From Lytechinus pictus (taxonomy: Eukaryota), in assembly GCF_037042905.1 (NCBI RefSeq), contig NC_087245.1:30568001-30632000 (forward strand): 64,000 nucleotides of DNA, written 5' to 3'. The first letter of the stretch is position 1, and the number at the start of each line of letters is the position of its first letter. This document shows, in pieces, positions 45,312 through 60,300 of this stretch. The position numbers and the translations under genes were made by a program. The notes below the pieces were generated by a model. That model did not search any database, had not been told where the DNA came from, and saw only the letters and a program-made list of their open reading frames with translations.

Positions 45312-48300
45312 TAGGTCGAACATCAATTCGGCACCCCTTCCCTAGGTTTAAGATCAATTCGACGCCTCTATGTCGCGCATCAATTTGGCGCCCCACTTGG
45401 TGAAACATCAATTCAGCCCCCCCCCCCTTGGTGCAACATAAATTCAACCCCGCGAGGTTGAACATCAATTCGGCGCACCCCCCCCCCCCCTCTCCCCTAG
45501 CTTTAAGATCAATTCGGAGCCAACGTGTCAAACATCCATTTGGCGCCTAAAGACAAACGTCAAATTGGCTCCCCTATGTCAAACATAAATTTTGCGTCCT
45601 TAGGTTTAACACTAAATCGGCGACCTTATGTCGAACATGAATTCGGCACCCTCCTATGTCGAACATTAATTCGGCGCCCTGAGTAAAATATGAATTCGGC
45701 GCCTACCTAGGTCGGACACATTAATTCGGCGCCAACTTAGTTCGGACATTAATTCGGCTCCCCTTTGTCGAACATTAATTCAGCGCCTCTAGATCAAATA
45801 TCAATTTTGCGCCCCTTTTGGTGCAACATCAATTCAGCCCCCCCCCCCCAAGGATGAACATCAATTCAACGCCCCTCCCCTAGGTTTAAGATCAATTCGG
45901 AGCCGGCGTGCCAAACATCAATTTGGCGCCCCTAGGTGAAACATTATTCGGTGCCCCCCTAGGTGGAGCATTAATTCGGTGCCCCTTGGTTTAACACTAA
46001 ATCGGCAACCTTATGTCAAACATGAATTCGGCACCCTCCTATGTCGAACATTTATTCGGCGCCCTGAGTAAAATATGAATTGGGCGCCTACTTAGTTCGG
46101 ACATTAATTCGGCTCCCCTTTGTCGAACATCAATTCGGCGCCTCTAGATCGAATATCGATTATGCGCCCCTTTTGGTGCAACATCAATTCAGCCCCCCTC
46201 CCCCAGGTTGAACATCAATTCACCACCCCCTCCCCTAGGGTTTAGATCAATTCGACACCCCTATGTCGGACATTAATTCGGCTCCCCTTTGTCAAACATC
46301 AATTTGGCCTCCCTAGGTGGAACATTATTCGGTGCCCCCCCCCCCCCCTAGGTGGAGCATTAATTCGGCGCCCCCTAGGTTTTTCACTAAATCGGCAACC
46401 TTATGTCGAACATGAATTCGGCGCCCTGAGTAAAATATAAAATCGGCGCCTACTTAGTTCGGACATTAATTCGGCTCCCCTTTGTCGAGCATCAACTTGG
46501 CGCCTCTAGATCGAATATCAATTTTGCGCCTTTTATGTGCAACATCAATTTAGCCCCCCCCCCCCGGTTGAACATTAATTCAACGCCCGTCTTCCATGTT
46601 TAAGATCAATTCGACGCCCCTATGTCGAACATCAATTTAGCGCCCCCCTTGGTGCAACAACAATTCAGCCCCCCCCCCTTAGTTGAACATTAATTCGGAG
46701 CCCACGTGTCAAACATCCATTTGGCGCCACAAGACAAACGTCAAATTGGCTCCCCTATGTCAAACATAAATTTTGCGTCCTTAGGTTTAACACTAAATCG
46801 GCGACCTTATGTCGAACATGAATTCGGCACCCTCCTATGTCGAACATTAATTCGGCGCCCTGAGTAAAATATGAATTCGGCGCCTACCTAGGTCGGACAC
46901 ATTAATTCGGCGCCAACTTAGTTCGGACATTAATTCGGCTCCCCTTTGTCGAACATTAATTCAGCGCCTCTAGATCAAATATCAATTTTGCGCCCCTTTT
47001 GGTGCAACATCAATTCAGCCCCCCCCCCCCCCAAGGATGAACATCAATTCAACGCCCCTCCCCTAGGTTTAAGATCAATTCGGAGCCGGCGTGCCAAACA
47101 TCAATTTGGCGCCCCTAGGTGAAACATTATTCGGTGCCCCCCTAGGTGGAGCATTAATTCGGTGCCCCTTGGTTTAACACTAAATCGGCAACCTTATGTC
47201 AAACATGAATTCGGCACCCTCCTATGTCGAACATTTATTCGGCGCCCTGAGTAAAATATGAATTGGGCGCCTACTTAGTTCGGACATTAATTCGGCTCCC
47301 CTTTGTCGAACATCAATTCGGCGCCTCTAGATCGAATATCGATTATGCGCCCCTTTTGGTGCAACATCAATTCAGCCCCCTCCCCCAGGTTGAACATCAA
47401 TTCACCACCCCCTCCCCTAGGGTTTAGATCAATTCGACACCCCTATGTCGGACATTAATTCGGCTCCCCTTTGTCAAACATCAATTTGGCCTCCCTAGGT
47501 GGAACATTATTCGGTGCCCCCCCCCCTAGGTGGAGCATTAATTCGGTGCCCCCTAGGTTTTTCACTAAATCGGCAACCTTATGTCGAACATGAATTCGGC
47601 GCCCTGAGTAAAATATAAAATCGGCGCCTACTTAGTTCGGACATTAATTCGGCTCCCCTTTGTCGAGCATCAACTTGGCGCCTCTAGATCGAATATCAAT
47701 TTTGCGCCTTTTATGTGCAACATCAATTTAGCCCCCCCCCCCCCCCCCCCGGTTGAACATTAATTCAACGCCCGTCTTCCATGTTTAAGATCAATTCGAC
47801 GCCCCTATGTCGAACATCAATTTGGCGCCCCCCTTGGTGCAACAACAATTCAGCCCCCCCCCCTTAGTTGAACATTAATTCGGAGCCCACGTGTCAAACA
47901 TCCATTTGGCGCCACAAGACAAACGTCAAATTGGCTCCCCTATGTCAAACATAAATTTTGCGTCCTTAGGTTTAACACTAAATCGGCGACCTTATGTCGA
48001 ACATGAATTCGGCACCCTCCTATGTCGAACATTAATTCGGCGCCCTGAGTAAAATATGAATTCGGCGCCTACCTAGATCGGACACATTAATTCGGCGCCA
48101 ACTTAGTTCGGACATTAATTCGGCTCCCCTTTGTCGAACCTTAATTCAGCGCCTCTAGATCAAATATCAATTTTGCGCCCCTTTTGGTGCAACATCAATT
48201 CAGCCCCCCCCCCCAAGGATGAACATCAATTCAACGCCCCTCCCCTAGGTTTAAGATCAATTCGGAGCCGGCGTGCCAAACATCAATTTGGCGCCCCTAG

Positions 48301-51300
48301 GTGAAACATTATTCGGTGCCCCCCTAGGTGGAGCATTAATTCGGTGCCCCTTGGTTTAACACTAAATCGGCAACCTTATGTCAAACATGAATTCGGCACC
48401 CTCCTATGTCGAACATTTATTCGGCGCCCTGAGTAAAATATGAATTGGGCGCCTACTTAGTTCGGACATTAATTCGGCTCCCCTTTGTCGAACATCAATT
48501 CGGCGCCTCTAGATCGAATATCGATTATGCGCCCCTTTTGGTGCAACATCAATTCAGCCCCCCTCCCCCAGGTTGAACATCAATTCACCACCCCCTCCCC
48601 TAGGGTTTAGATCAATTCGACACCCCTATGTCGGACATTAATTCGGCTCCCCTTTGTCAAACATCAATTTGGCCTCCCTAGGTGGAACATTATTCGGTGC
48701 CCCCCCCCCCCCTAGGTGGAGCATTAATTTGGTGCCCCCTAGGTTTTTCACTAAATCGGCAACCTTATGTCGAACATGAATTCGGCACCCTCCTATGTCG
48801 AACATTTATTCGGCGCCCTGAGTAAAATATAAAATCGGCGCCTACTTAGTTCGGACATTAATTCGGCTCCCCTTTGTCGAGCATCAACTTGGCGCCTCTA
48901 GATCGAATATCAATTTTGCGCCTTTTATGTGCAACATCAATTTAGCCCCCCCCCCGGTTGAACATTAATTCAACTACCGTCTTCCATGTTTAAGATCAAT
49001 TCGACGCCCCTAAGTCGAACATCAATTTGGCGCCCCCCTTGGTGCAACAACAATTCAGCCCCCCCCCTACAAGGATGAACATCAATTCAACGCCCCTCCC
49101 CTAGGTTTAAGATCAATTCGGAGCCGGCGTGCCAAACATCAATTTGGCGCCACAAGACAAACGTCAAATTGGCTCCCCTATGTCAAACATAAATTTTGCG
49201 TCCTTAGGTTTAACACTAAATCGGCGGCCTTATGTCGAACATGAATTCGGCACCCTCCTATGTCGAACATTAATTCGGCGCCCTGAGTAAAATATGAATT
49301 CGGCGCCTACCTAGGTCGGACACATTAATTCGGCGCCAACTTAGTTCGGACATTAATTCGGCTCCCCTTTGTCGAACATTAATTTGGCGCCCCCATGGTG
49401 GAACATCAATTCTGCGCCCTCTAGGTCGAGCATTACTTCTGCACGCCCCCTAGATCGAACATCAATTCTGCGCCCCCCTAGGTCGAACATCAATTCGGCA
49501 AGTCTATGTGTAACATCAATTTGGCGCCCCCCCCCCCCCCACTCGATGCAACATAAATTCAGCCACCCGAGTTTGAACATATATTCAGCGCCAATTTGTC
49601 GAACATCGATTCGGCGCCCCTATGTCGAACATCAATTCGCCCCCCCCCCCCTTGGTGAAACATAAAATCAGCCCCCCTAATTGAACATCAATTCCGCGCC
49701 CAAGTATATCAGACATTTATTCGGCTCCCCCTTTGTCCTTGGAATTAATGTTCAACCAAGGACACTAAATCGGCAACCTTATGTCATACATGAATTCGGC
49801 ACCCTCCTATGTCGAACATTAATTCGGCGCCCTGAGTAAAATATGAATTCGGCGCCTACCTAGGTCGGACACATTAATTCGGCGCCAACTTAGTTCGGAC
49901 ATTAATTCTGCTCCCACGTGTCAAACATCCAATTGGCGCCACAAGACAAACGTCAAATTGGTGCCCTTACGTCGAACATCAATTTGACCTCTCTAGGTCG
50001 AACATCAATTCGGCACCCCTTCCCTAGGTTTAAGATCAATTCGACGCCTCTATGTCGCGCATCAATTTGGCGCCCCACTTGGTGAAACATCAATTCAGCC
50101 CCCCCCCCCTTGGTGCAACATAAATTCAACCCCGCGAGGTTGAACATCAATTCGGCGCACCCCCCCCCCTCTCCCCTAGGTTTAAGATCAATTCGGAGCC
50201 AACGTGTCAAACATCCATTTGGCGCCTAAAGACAAACGTCAAATTGGCTCCCCTATGTCAAACATAAATTTTGCGTCCTTAGGTTTAACACTAAATCGGC
50301 GACCTTATGTCGAACATGAATTCAGCACCCTCCTATGTCGAACATTAATTCGGCGCCCTGAGTAAAATATGAATTCGGCGCCTACATAGGTCGGACACAT
50401 TAATTCGGCGCCAACTTAGTTCGGACATTAATTCGGCTCCCCTTTGTCGAACATTAATTCAGCGCCTCTAGATCAAATATCAATTTTGCGCCCCTTTTGG
50501 TGCAACATCAATTCAGCCCCCCCCCCCCAAGGATGAACATCAATTCAACGCCCCTCCCCTAGGTTTAAGATCAATTCGGAGCCGGCGTGCCAAACATCAA
50601 TTTGGCGCCCCTAGGTGAAACATTATTCGGTGCCCCCGGCCCCTAGGTGGAGCATTAATTCGGTGCCCCTTGGTTTAACACTAAATCGGCAACCTTATAT
50701 CAAACATGAATTCGGCACCCTCCTATGTCGAACATTTATTCGGCGCCCTGAGTAAAATATGAATTGGGCGCCTACTTAGTTCGGACATTAATTCGGCTCC
50801 CCTTTGTCGAACATCAATTCGGCGCCTCTAGATCGAATATCGATTATGCGCCCCTTTTGGTGCAACATCAATTCAGCCCCCCTCCCCCAGGTTGAACATC
50901 AATTCACCACCCCCTCCCCTAGGGTTTAGATCAATTCGACACCCCTATGTCGGACATTAATTCGGCTCCCCTTTGTCAAACATCAATTTGGCCTCCCTAG
51001 GTGGAACATTATTCGGTGCCCCCCCCCCCCCCCCTAGGTGGAGCATTAATTCGGTGCCCCCTAGGTTTTTCACTAAATCGGCAACCTTATGTCGAACATG
51101 AATTCGGCGCCCTGAGTAAAATATAAAATCGGCGCCTACTTAGTTCGGACATTAATTCGGCTCCCCTTTGTCGAGCATCAACTTGGCGCCTCTAGATCGA
51201 ATATCAATTTTGCGCCTTTTATGTGCAACATCAATTTAGCCCCCCCCCCCCCGGTTGAACATTAATTCAACGTCCGTCTTCCATGTTTAAGATCAATTCG

Positions 51301-54300
51301 ACGCCCCTATGTCGAACATCAATTTGGCGCCCCCCTTGGTGCAACAACAATTCAGCCCCCCCCCCCCAAGGATGAACATCAATTCAACGCCCCTCCCCTA
51401 GGTTTAAGATCAATTCGGAGCCGGCGTGCCAAACATCAATTTGGCGCCACAAGACAAACGTCAAATTGGCTCCCCTATGTCAAACATAAATTTTGCGTCC
51501 TTAGGTTTAACACTAAATCGGCGACCTTATGTCGAACATGAATTCGGCACCCTCCTATGTCGAACATTAATTCGGCGCCCTGAGTAAAATATGAATTCGG
51601 CGCCTACCTAGGTCGGATACATTAATTCGGCGCCAACTTAGTTCGGACATTAATTCGGCTCCCTTTTGTCGAACATTAATTCAGCGCCTCTAGATCAAAT
51701 ATCAATTTTGCGCCCCTTTTGGTGCAACATCAATTCAGCCCCCCCCCCCAAGGATGAACATCAATTCAACGCCCCTCCCCTAGGTTTAAGATCAATTCGG
51801 AGCCGGCGTGCCAAACATCAATTTGGCGCCCCTAGGTGAAACATTATTCGGTGCCCCCCTAGGTGGAGCATTAATTCGGTGCCCCTTGGTTTAACACTAA
51901 ATCGGCAACCTTATGTCAAACATGAATTCGGCACCCTCCTATGTCGAACATTTATTCGGCGCCCTGAGTAAAATATGAATTGGGCGCCTACTTAGTTCGG
52001 ACATTAATTCGGCTCCCCTTTGTCGAACATCAATTCGGCGCCTCTAGATCGAATATCGATTATGCGCCCCTTTTGGTGCAACATCAATTCAGCCCCCCTC
52101 CCCCAGGTTGAACATCAAGTCACCACCCCCTCCCCTAGGGTTTAGATCAATTCGACACCCCTATGTCGGACATTAATTCGGCTCCCCTTTGTCAAACATC
52201 AATTTGGCCTCCCTAGGTGGAACATTATTCGGTGCCCCCCCCCCCCCTAGGTGGAGCATTAATTCGGTGCCCCCTAGGTTTTTCACTAAATCGGCAACCT
52301 TATGTCGAACATGAATTCGGCGCCCTGAGTAAAATATAAAATCGGCGCCTACTTAGTTCGGACATTAATTCGGCTCCCCTTTGTCGAGCATCAACTTGGC
52401 GCCTCTAGATCGAATATCAATTTTGCGCCTTTTATGTGCAACATCAATTTAGCCCCCCCCCCCCCGGTTGAACATTAATTCAACGCCCGTCTTCCATGTT
52501 TAAGATCAATTCGACGCCCCTATGTCGAACATCAATTTGGCGCCCCCCTTGGTGCAACAACAATTCAGCCCCCCCCCCCCCTTAGTTGAACATTAATTCG
52601 GAGCCCACGTGTCAAACATCCATTTGGCGCCACAAGACAAACGTCAAATTGGCTCCCCTATGTCAAACATAAATTTTGCGTCCTTAGGTTTAACACTAAC
52701 TCGGCGACCTTATGTCGAACATGAATTCGGCACCCTCCTATGTCGAACATTAATTCGGCGCCCTGAGTAAAATATGAATTCGGCGCCTACCTAGGTCGGA
52801 CACATTAATTCGGCGCCAACTTAGTTCGGACATCAATTCGGCTCCCCTTTGTCGAACATTAATTCAGCGCCTCTAGATCAAATATCAATTTTGCGCCCCT
52901 TTTGGTGCAACATCAATTCAGCCCCCCCCCCCAAGGATGAACATCAATTCAACGCCCCTCCCCTAGGTTTAAGATCAATTCGGAGCCGGCGTGCCAAACA
53001 TCAATTTGGCGCCCCTAGGTGAAACATTATTCGGTGCCCCCCTAGGTGGAGCATTAATTCGGTGCCCCTTGGTTTAACACTAAATCGGCAACCTTATGTC
53101 AAACATGAATTCGGCACCCTCCTATGTCGAACATTTATTCGGCGCCCTGAGTAAAATATGAATTGGGCGCCTACTTAGTTCGGACATTAATTCGGCTCCC
53201 CTTTGTCGAACATCAATTCGGCGCCTCTAGATCGAATATCGATTATGCGCCCCTTTTGGTGCAACATCAATTCAGCCCCCCTCCCCCAGGTTAAACATCA
53301 ATTCACCAACCCCTCCCCTAGGGTTTAGATCAATTCGACACCCCTATGTCGGACATTAATTCGGCTCCCCTTTGTCAAACATCAATTTGGCCTCCCTAGG
53401 TGGAACATTATTCGGTGCCCCTCCCCCTAGGTGGAGCATTAATTCGGTGCCCCCTAGGTTTTTCACTAAATCGGCAACCTTATGTCGAACATGAATTCGG
53501 CGCCCTGAGTAAAATATAAAATCGGCGCCTACTTAGTTCGGACATTAATTCGGCTCCCCTTTGTCGAGCATCAACTTGGCGCCTCTAGATCGAATATCAA
53601 TTTTGCGCCTTTTATGTGCAACATCAATTTAGCCCCCCCCCCCCCGGTTGAACATTAATTCAACGTCCGTCTTCCATGTTTAAGATCAATTCGACGCCCC
53701 TATGTCGAACATCAATTTGGCGCCCCCCTTGGTGCAACAACAATTCAGCCCCCTCCCCCAAGGATGAACATCAATTCAACGCCCCTCCCCTAGGTTTAAG
53801 ATCAATTCGGAGCCGGCGTGCCAAACATCAATTTGGCGCCACAAGACAAACGTCAAATTGGCTCCCCTATGTCAAACATAAATTTTGCGTCCTTAGGTTT
53901 AACACTAAATCGGCGACCTTATGTCGAACATGAATTCGGCACCCTCCTATGTCGAACATTAATTCGGCGCCCTGAGTAAAATATGAATTCGGCGCCTACC
54001 TAGGTCGGATACATTAATTCGGCGCCAACTTAGTTCGGACATTAATTCGGCTCCCCTTTGTCGAACATTAATTCAGCGCCTCTAGATCAAATATCAATTT
54101 TGCGCCCCTTTTGGTGCAACATCAATTCAGCCCCCCCCCCCAAGGATGAACATCAATTCAACGCCCCTCCCCTAGGTTTAAGATCAATTCGGAGCCGGCG
54201 TGCCAAACATCAATTTGGCGCCCCTAGGTGAAACATTATTCGGTGCCCCCCTAGGTGGAGCATTAATTCGGTGCCCCTTGGTTTAACACTAAATCGGCAA

Positions 54301-57300
54301 CCTTATGTCAAACATGAATTCGGCACCCTCCTATGTCGAACATTTATTCGGCGCCCTGAGTAAAATATGAATTGGGCGCCTACTTAGTTCGGACATTAAT
54401 TCGGCTCCCCTTTGTCGAGCATCAACTTGGCGCCTCTAGATCGAATATCAATTTTGCGCCTTTTATGTGCAACATCAATTTAGCCCCCCCCCCCCCCGGT
54501 TGAACATTAATTCAACGTCCGTCTTCCATGTTTAAGATCAATTCGACGCCCCTATGTCGAACATCAATTTGGCGCCCCCCTTGGTGCAACAACAATTCAG
54601 CCCCCCCCCCCAAGGATGAACATCAATTCAACGCCCCTCCCCTAGGTTTAAGATCAATTCGGAGCCGGCGTGCCAAACATCAATTTGGCGCCACAAGACA
54701 AACGTCAAATTGGCTCCCCTATGTCAAACATAAATTTTGCGTCCTTAGGTTTAACACTAAATCGGCGACCTTATGTCGAACATGAATTCGGCACCCTCCT
54801 ATGTCGAACATTAATTCGGCGCCCTGAGTAAAATATGAATTCGGCGCCTACCTAGGTCGGATACATTAATTCGGCGCCAACTTAGTTCGGACATTAATTC
54901 GGCTCCCCTTTGTCGAACATTAATTCAGCGCCTCTAGATCAAATATCAATTTTGCGCCCCTTTTGGTGCAACATCAATTCAGCCCCCCCCCCCCAAGGAT
55001 GAACATCAATTCAACGCCCCTCCCCTAGGTTTAAGATCAATTCGGAGCCGGCGTGCCAAACATCAATTTGGCGCCCCTAGGTGAAACATTATTCGGTGCC
55101 CCCCTAGGTGGAGCATTAATTCGGTGCCCCTTGGTTTAACACTAAATCGGCAACCTTATGTCAAACATGAATTCGGCACCCTCCTATGTCGAACATTTAT
55201 TCGGCGCCCTTAGTAAAATATGAATTGGGCGCCTACTTAGTTCGGACATTAATTCGGCTCCCCTTTGTCGAACATCAATTCGGCGCCTCTAGATCGAATA
55301 TCGATTATGCGCCCCTTTTGGTGCAACATCAATTCAGCCCCCCTCCCCCAGGTTGAACATCAAGTCACCACCCCCTCCCCTAGGGTTTAGATCAATTCGA
55401 CACCCCTATGTCGGACATTAATTCGGCTCCCCTTTGTCAAACATCAATTTGGCCTCCCTAGGTGGAACATTATTCGGTGCCCCCCCCCCTAGGTGGAGCA
55501 TTAATTCGGTGCCCCCTAGGTTTTTCACTAAATCGGCAACCTTATGTCGAACATGAATTCGGCGCCCTGAGTAAAATATAAAATCGGCGCCTACTTAGTT
55601 CGGACATTAATTCGGCTCCCCTTTGTCGAGCATCAACTTGGCGCCTCTAGATCGAATATCAATTTTGCGCCTTTTATGTGCAACATCAATTTAGCCCCCC
55701 CCCCCCCCCCCGGTTGAACATTAATTCAACGCCCGTCTTCCATGTTTAAGATCAATTCGACGCCCCTATGTCGAACATCAATTTGGCGCCCCCCTTGGTG
55801 CAACAACAATTCAGCCCCCCCCCCCTTAGTTGAACATTAATTCGGAGCCCACGTGTCAAACATCCATTTGGCGCCACAAGACAAACGTCAAATTGGCTCC
55901 CCTATGTCAAACATAAATTTTGCGTCCTTAGGTTTAACACTAACTCGGCGACCTTATGTCGAACATGAATTCGGCACCCTCCTATGTCGAACATTAATTC
56001 GGCGCCCTGAGTAAAATATGAATTCGGCGCCTACCTAGGTCGGACACATTAATTCGGCGCCAACTTAGTTCGGACATTAATTCGGCTCCCCTTTGTCGAA
56101 CCTTAATTCAGCGCCTCTAGATCAAATATCAATTTTGCGCCCCTTTTGGTGCAACATCAATTCAGCCCCCCCCCCCCAAGGATGAACATCAATTCAACGC
56201 CCCTCCCCTAGGTTTAAGATCAATTCGGAGCCGGCGTGCCAAACATCAATTTGGCGCCCCTAGGTGAAACATTATTCGGTGCCCCCCTAGGTGGAGCATT
56301 AATTCGGTGCCCCTTGGTTTAACACTAAATCGGCAACCTTATGTCAAACATGAATTCGGCACCCTCCTATGTCGAACATTTATTCGGCGCCCTGAGTGAA
56401 ATATGAATTGGGCGCCTACTTAGTTCGGACATTAATTCGGCTCCCCTTTGTCGAACATCAATTCGGCGCCTCTAGATCGAATATCGATTATGCGCCCCTT
56501 TTGGTGCAACATCAATTCAGCCCCCCTCCCCCAGGTTAAACATCAATTCACCAACCCCTCCCCTAGGGTTTAGATCAATTCGACACCCCTATGTCGGACA
56601 TTAATTCGGCTCCCCTTTGTCAAACATCAATTTGGCCTCCCTAGGTGGAACATTATTCGGTGCCCCTCCCCCTAGGTGGAGCATTAATTCGGTGCCCCCT
56701 AGGTTTTTCACTAAATCGGCAACCTTATGTCGAACATGAATTCGGCGCCCTGAGTAAAATATAAAATCGGCGCCTACTTAGTTCGGACATTAATTCGGCT
56801 CCCCTTTGTCGAGCATCAACTTGGCGCCTCTAGATCGAATATCAATTTTGCGCCTTTTATGTGCAACATCAATTTAGCCCCCCCCCTCCGGTTGAACATT
56901 AATTCAACGCCCGTCTTCCATGTTTAAGATCAATTCGACGCCGCTATGTCGAACATCAATTTGGCGCCCCCCTTGGTGCAACAACAATTCAGCCCCCCCC
57001 CCCAAGGATGAACATCAATTCAACGCCCCTCCCCTAGGTTTAAGATCAATTCGGAGCCGGCGTGCCAAACATCAATTTGGCGCCACAAGACAAACGTCAA
57101 ATTGGCTCCCCTATGTCAAACATAAATTTTGCGTCCTTAGGTTTAACACTAAATCGGCGACCTTATGTCGAACATGAATTCGGCACCCTCCTATGTCGAA
57201 CATTAATTCGGCGCCCTGAGTAAAATATGAATTCGGCGCCTACCTAGGTCGGACACATTAATTCGGCGCCAACTTAGTTCGGACATTAATTCGGCTCCCC

Positions 57301-60300
57301 TTTGTCGAACATTAATTCAGCGCCTCTAGATCAAATATCAATTTTGCGCCTTTTGGTGCAACATCAATTCAGCCCCCCCCCCCCAAGGATGAACATCAAT
57401 TCAACGCCCCTCCCCTAGGTTTAAGATCAATTCGGAGCCGGCGTGCCAAACATCAATTTGGCGCCCCTAGGTGAAACATTATTCGGTGCCCCCCTAGGTG
57501 GAGCATTAATTCGGTGCCCCTTGGTTTAACACTAAATCGGCAACCTTATGTCAAACATGAATTCGGCACCCTCCTATGTCGAACATTTATTCGGCGCCCT
57601 GAGTAAAATATGAATTGGGCGCCTACTTAGTTCGGACATTAATTCGGCTCCCCTTTGTCGAACATCAATTCGGCGCCTCTAGATCGAATATCGATTATGC
57701 ACCCCTTTTGGTGCAACATCAATTCAGCCCCCCTCCCCCAGGTTGAACATCAAGTCACCACCCCCTCCCCTAGGGTTTAGATCAATTCGACACCCCTATG
57801 TCGGACATTAATTCGGCTCCCCTTTGTCAAACATCAATTTGGCCTCCCTAGGTGGAACATTATTCGGTGCCCCCCCCCCTAGGTGGAGCATTAATTCGGT
57901 GCCCCCTAGGTTTTTCACTAAATCGGCAACCTTATGTCGAACATGAATTCGGCACCCTCCTATGTCGAACATTTATTCGGCGCCCTGAGTAAAATATAAA
58001 ATCGGCGCCTACTTAGTTCGGACATTAATTCGGCTCCCCTTTGTCGAGCATCAACTTGGCGCCTCTAGATCGAATATCAATTTTGCGCCTTTTATGTGCA
58101 ACATCAATTTAGCCCCCCCCCCCGGTTGAACATTAATTCAACGCCCGTCTTCCATTTTTAAGATCAATTCGACGCCCCTATGTCGAACATCAATTTGGCG
58201 CCCCCCTTGGTGCAACAATAATTCAGCCCCCCTTAGTTGAACATTAATTCGGAGCCCACTTGTCAAACATCCATTTGATCCCACAAGACAAACGTCAAAT
58301 TGGCGCCCCTAGGTCGAGCATCAATTGGCGCCCCTAGGTCGAACAATAATTCAATAATTCGGTGCCCCCCTTTGTCGAACACCAATTCGGCGCATCTACA
58401 CCGAATATCGATTTTGCGCACCTTAGGTGCATCATCAATCCAGCCCCCCACCCCCAGGTTGAACATCAATTATGCGCCCCTCCCCTAGGTTTAAGATCAA
58501 TTCGACGCCCCTATGTCGAACATCAATTTGGCGCCCCTCTGTCGAACATCAATTCGGCACCCTCCAATGTCGAACATCAATTTGGTGCCCCTCTGTCGAA
58601 CATCAATTCGGCACCCTCCTATGTCGAACATCAATTCGGCGCCACTGAGTAAAATGTGAATTCGGCGCCTACCTAGGTCGGACACATTAATTCGGCGCCA
58701 ACTTAGTTCGGACATTAATTCGGCTCCCCTTTGTCGAACACCAATTCGGCGCCTCTACACCGAATATCGATTTTGAGCCCCTTAGGTGCATCATCAATCC
58801 AGCCCCCCACCCCCAGGTTGAACATCAATTCAACGCCCGTCTTCCATGTTTAAGATCAATTCGACGCCCCTATGTCGAACATCAATTTGGCGCCCCTCTG
58901 TCGAACATCAATTCGGCACCCTCCTATGTCGAACATCAATTCGGCGCCACTGAGTAAAATGTGAATTCGGCGCCTATTTAGGTCGGACATTAGTTCGGCT
59001 CCCCCTTTGTCGAACATCAATTGGGTGCCTCTAGATCGATTATCAATTTGGAGCCCCTCTTGGGCAATATCAGTTCAGCCCCCCCCCCCCCCCCAGGTTG
59101 AACATCAATTCACCACCCCCTCCCCTAGGGTTTAGATCAATTCGACACCCCTATGTCGGACATTAATTCGGCTCCCCTTTGTCGAACATCAATTCGGCGC
59201 CTCTAGATCGAATATCGATTATGCGCCCCTTTTGGTGCAACATCAATTCAGCCCCCCTCCCCCAGGTTGAACATCAATTCACCACCCCCTCCCCTAGGGT
59301 TTAGATCAATTCGACACCCCTATGTCGGACATTAATTCGGCTCCCCTTTGTCAAACATCAATTTGGCCTCCCTAGGTGGAACATTATTCGGTGCCCCCTA
59401 GGTGGAGCATTAATTCGGTGCCCCCTAGGTTTAACACTAAATCGGCAACCTTATGTCGAACATCAATTTGGCGCCCCTCTGTCGAACATCAATTCGGTAC
59501 CCTCCTATGTCGAACATCAATTGGGCGCCTCTAGATCGAATATCAATTTGGCGCCCCTCTTGGTGCAACATCATTTCACCACCCCCTCCCCTAGGGTTTA
59601 GATCAATTCGACACCCCTCCCCTAGGTTTTAAGATCAATTCGACGCCCCTATGTCGAACATCTATTCGGCGCCCCCCTTGGTGCAACAACAATTCAGCTC
59701 CCCCCCCCCTTGGTTGAACATTAATTCGGAGCCCAAGTGACAAACATCCATTTGGCGCCACAAGACAAACGTCAAATTGGTGCCCTTTTGTCGAACATCA
59801 ATTAGCGCCCCTAGGTCGAACATCGATTCGGCACCCCTTCCTTAGGTTTAAGATCAATTCGATGCCCCTATGTCGATATCAATTTGGCGCCCCTCTTGGT
59901 GAAACATCAATTCAGCCCCCCCCCCCTGGTTGAACATCAATTCTGCACCCTCCTATGTCGAGCATTAATTCGGCGCCCCTATGTCGAACATCAGTTGGGT
60001 GCCCCCCTAGGTTGAACATCAATTCTGCGCCCCCCTAGGTCAAATATTAATTCGGCACCTCTAGGTCTAACATCAATTTGGACCCCCCCCCCCTTGGTGC
60101 AATATAAATTCAGCCCCGCGAGGTTGAACATCAATACGGCGCCCCCCCCCCCCTCCCCTAGGTTTAAGATCGATTAGGAGCCAACGTGTTAAACATTCAT
60201 TTGGCGCCCAAAGACAAACGTCAAATTAGCTCCCCTATGTCAAACATAAATTTTGCGTCCTTAGGTTTAACACTAAATCGGCAACCTTATGTCGAACATG

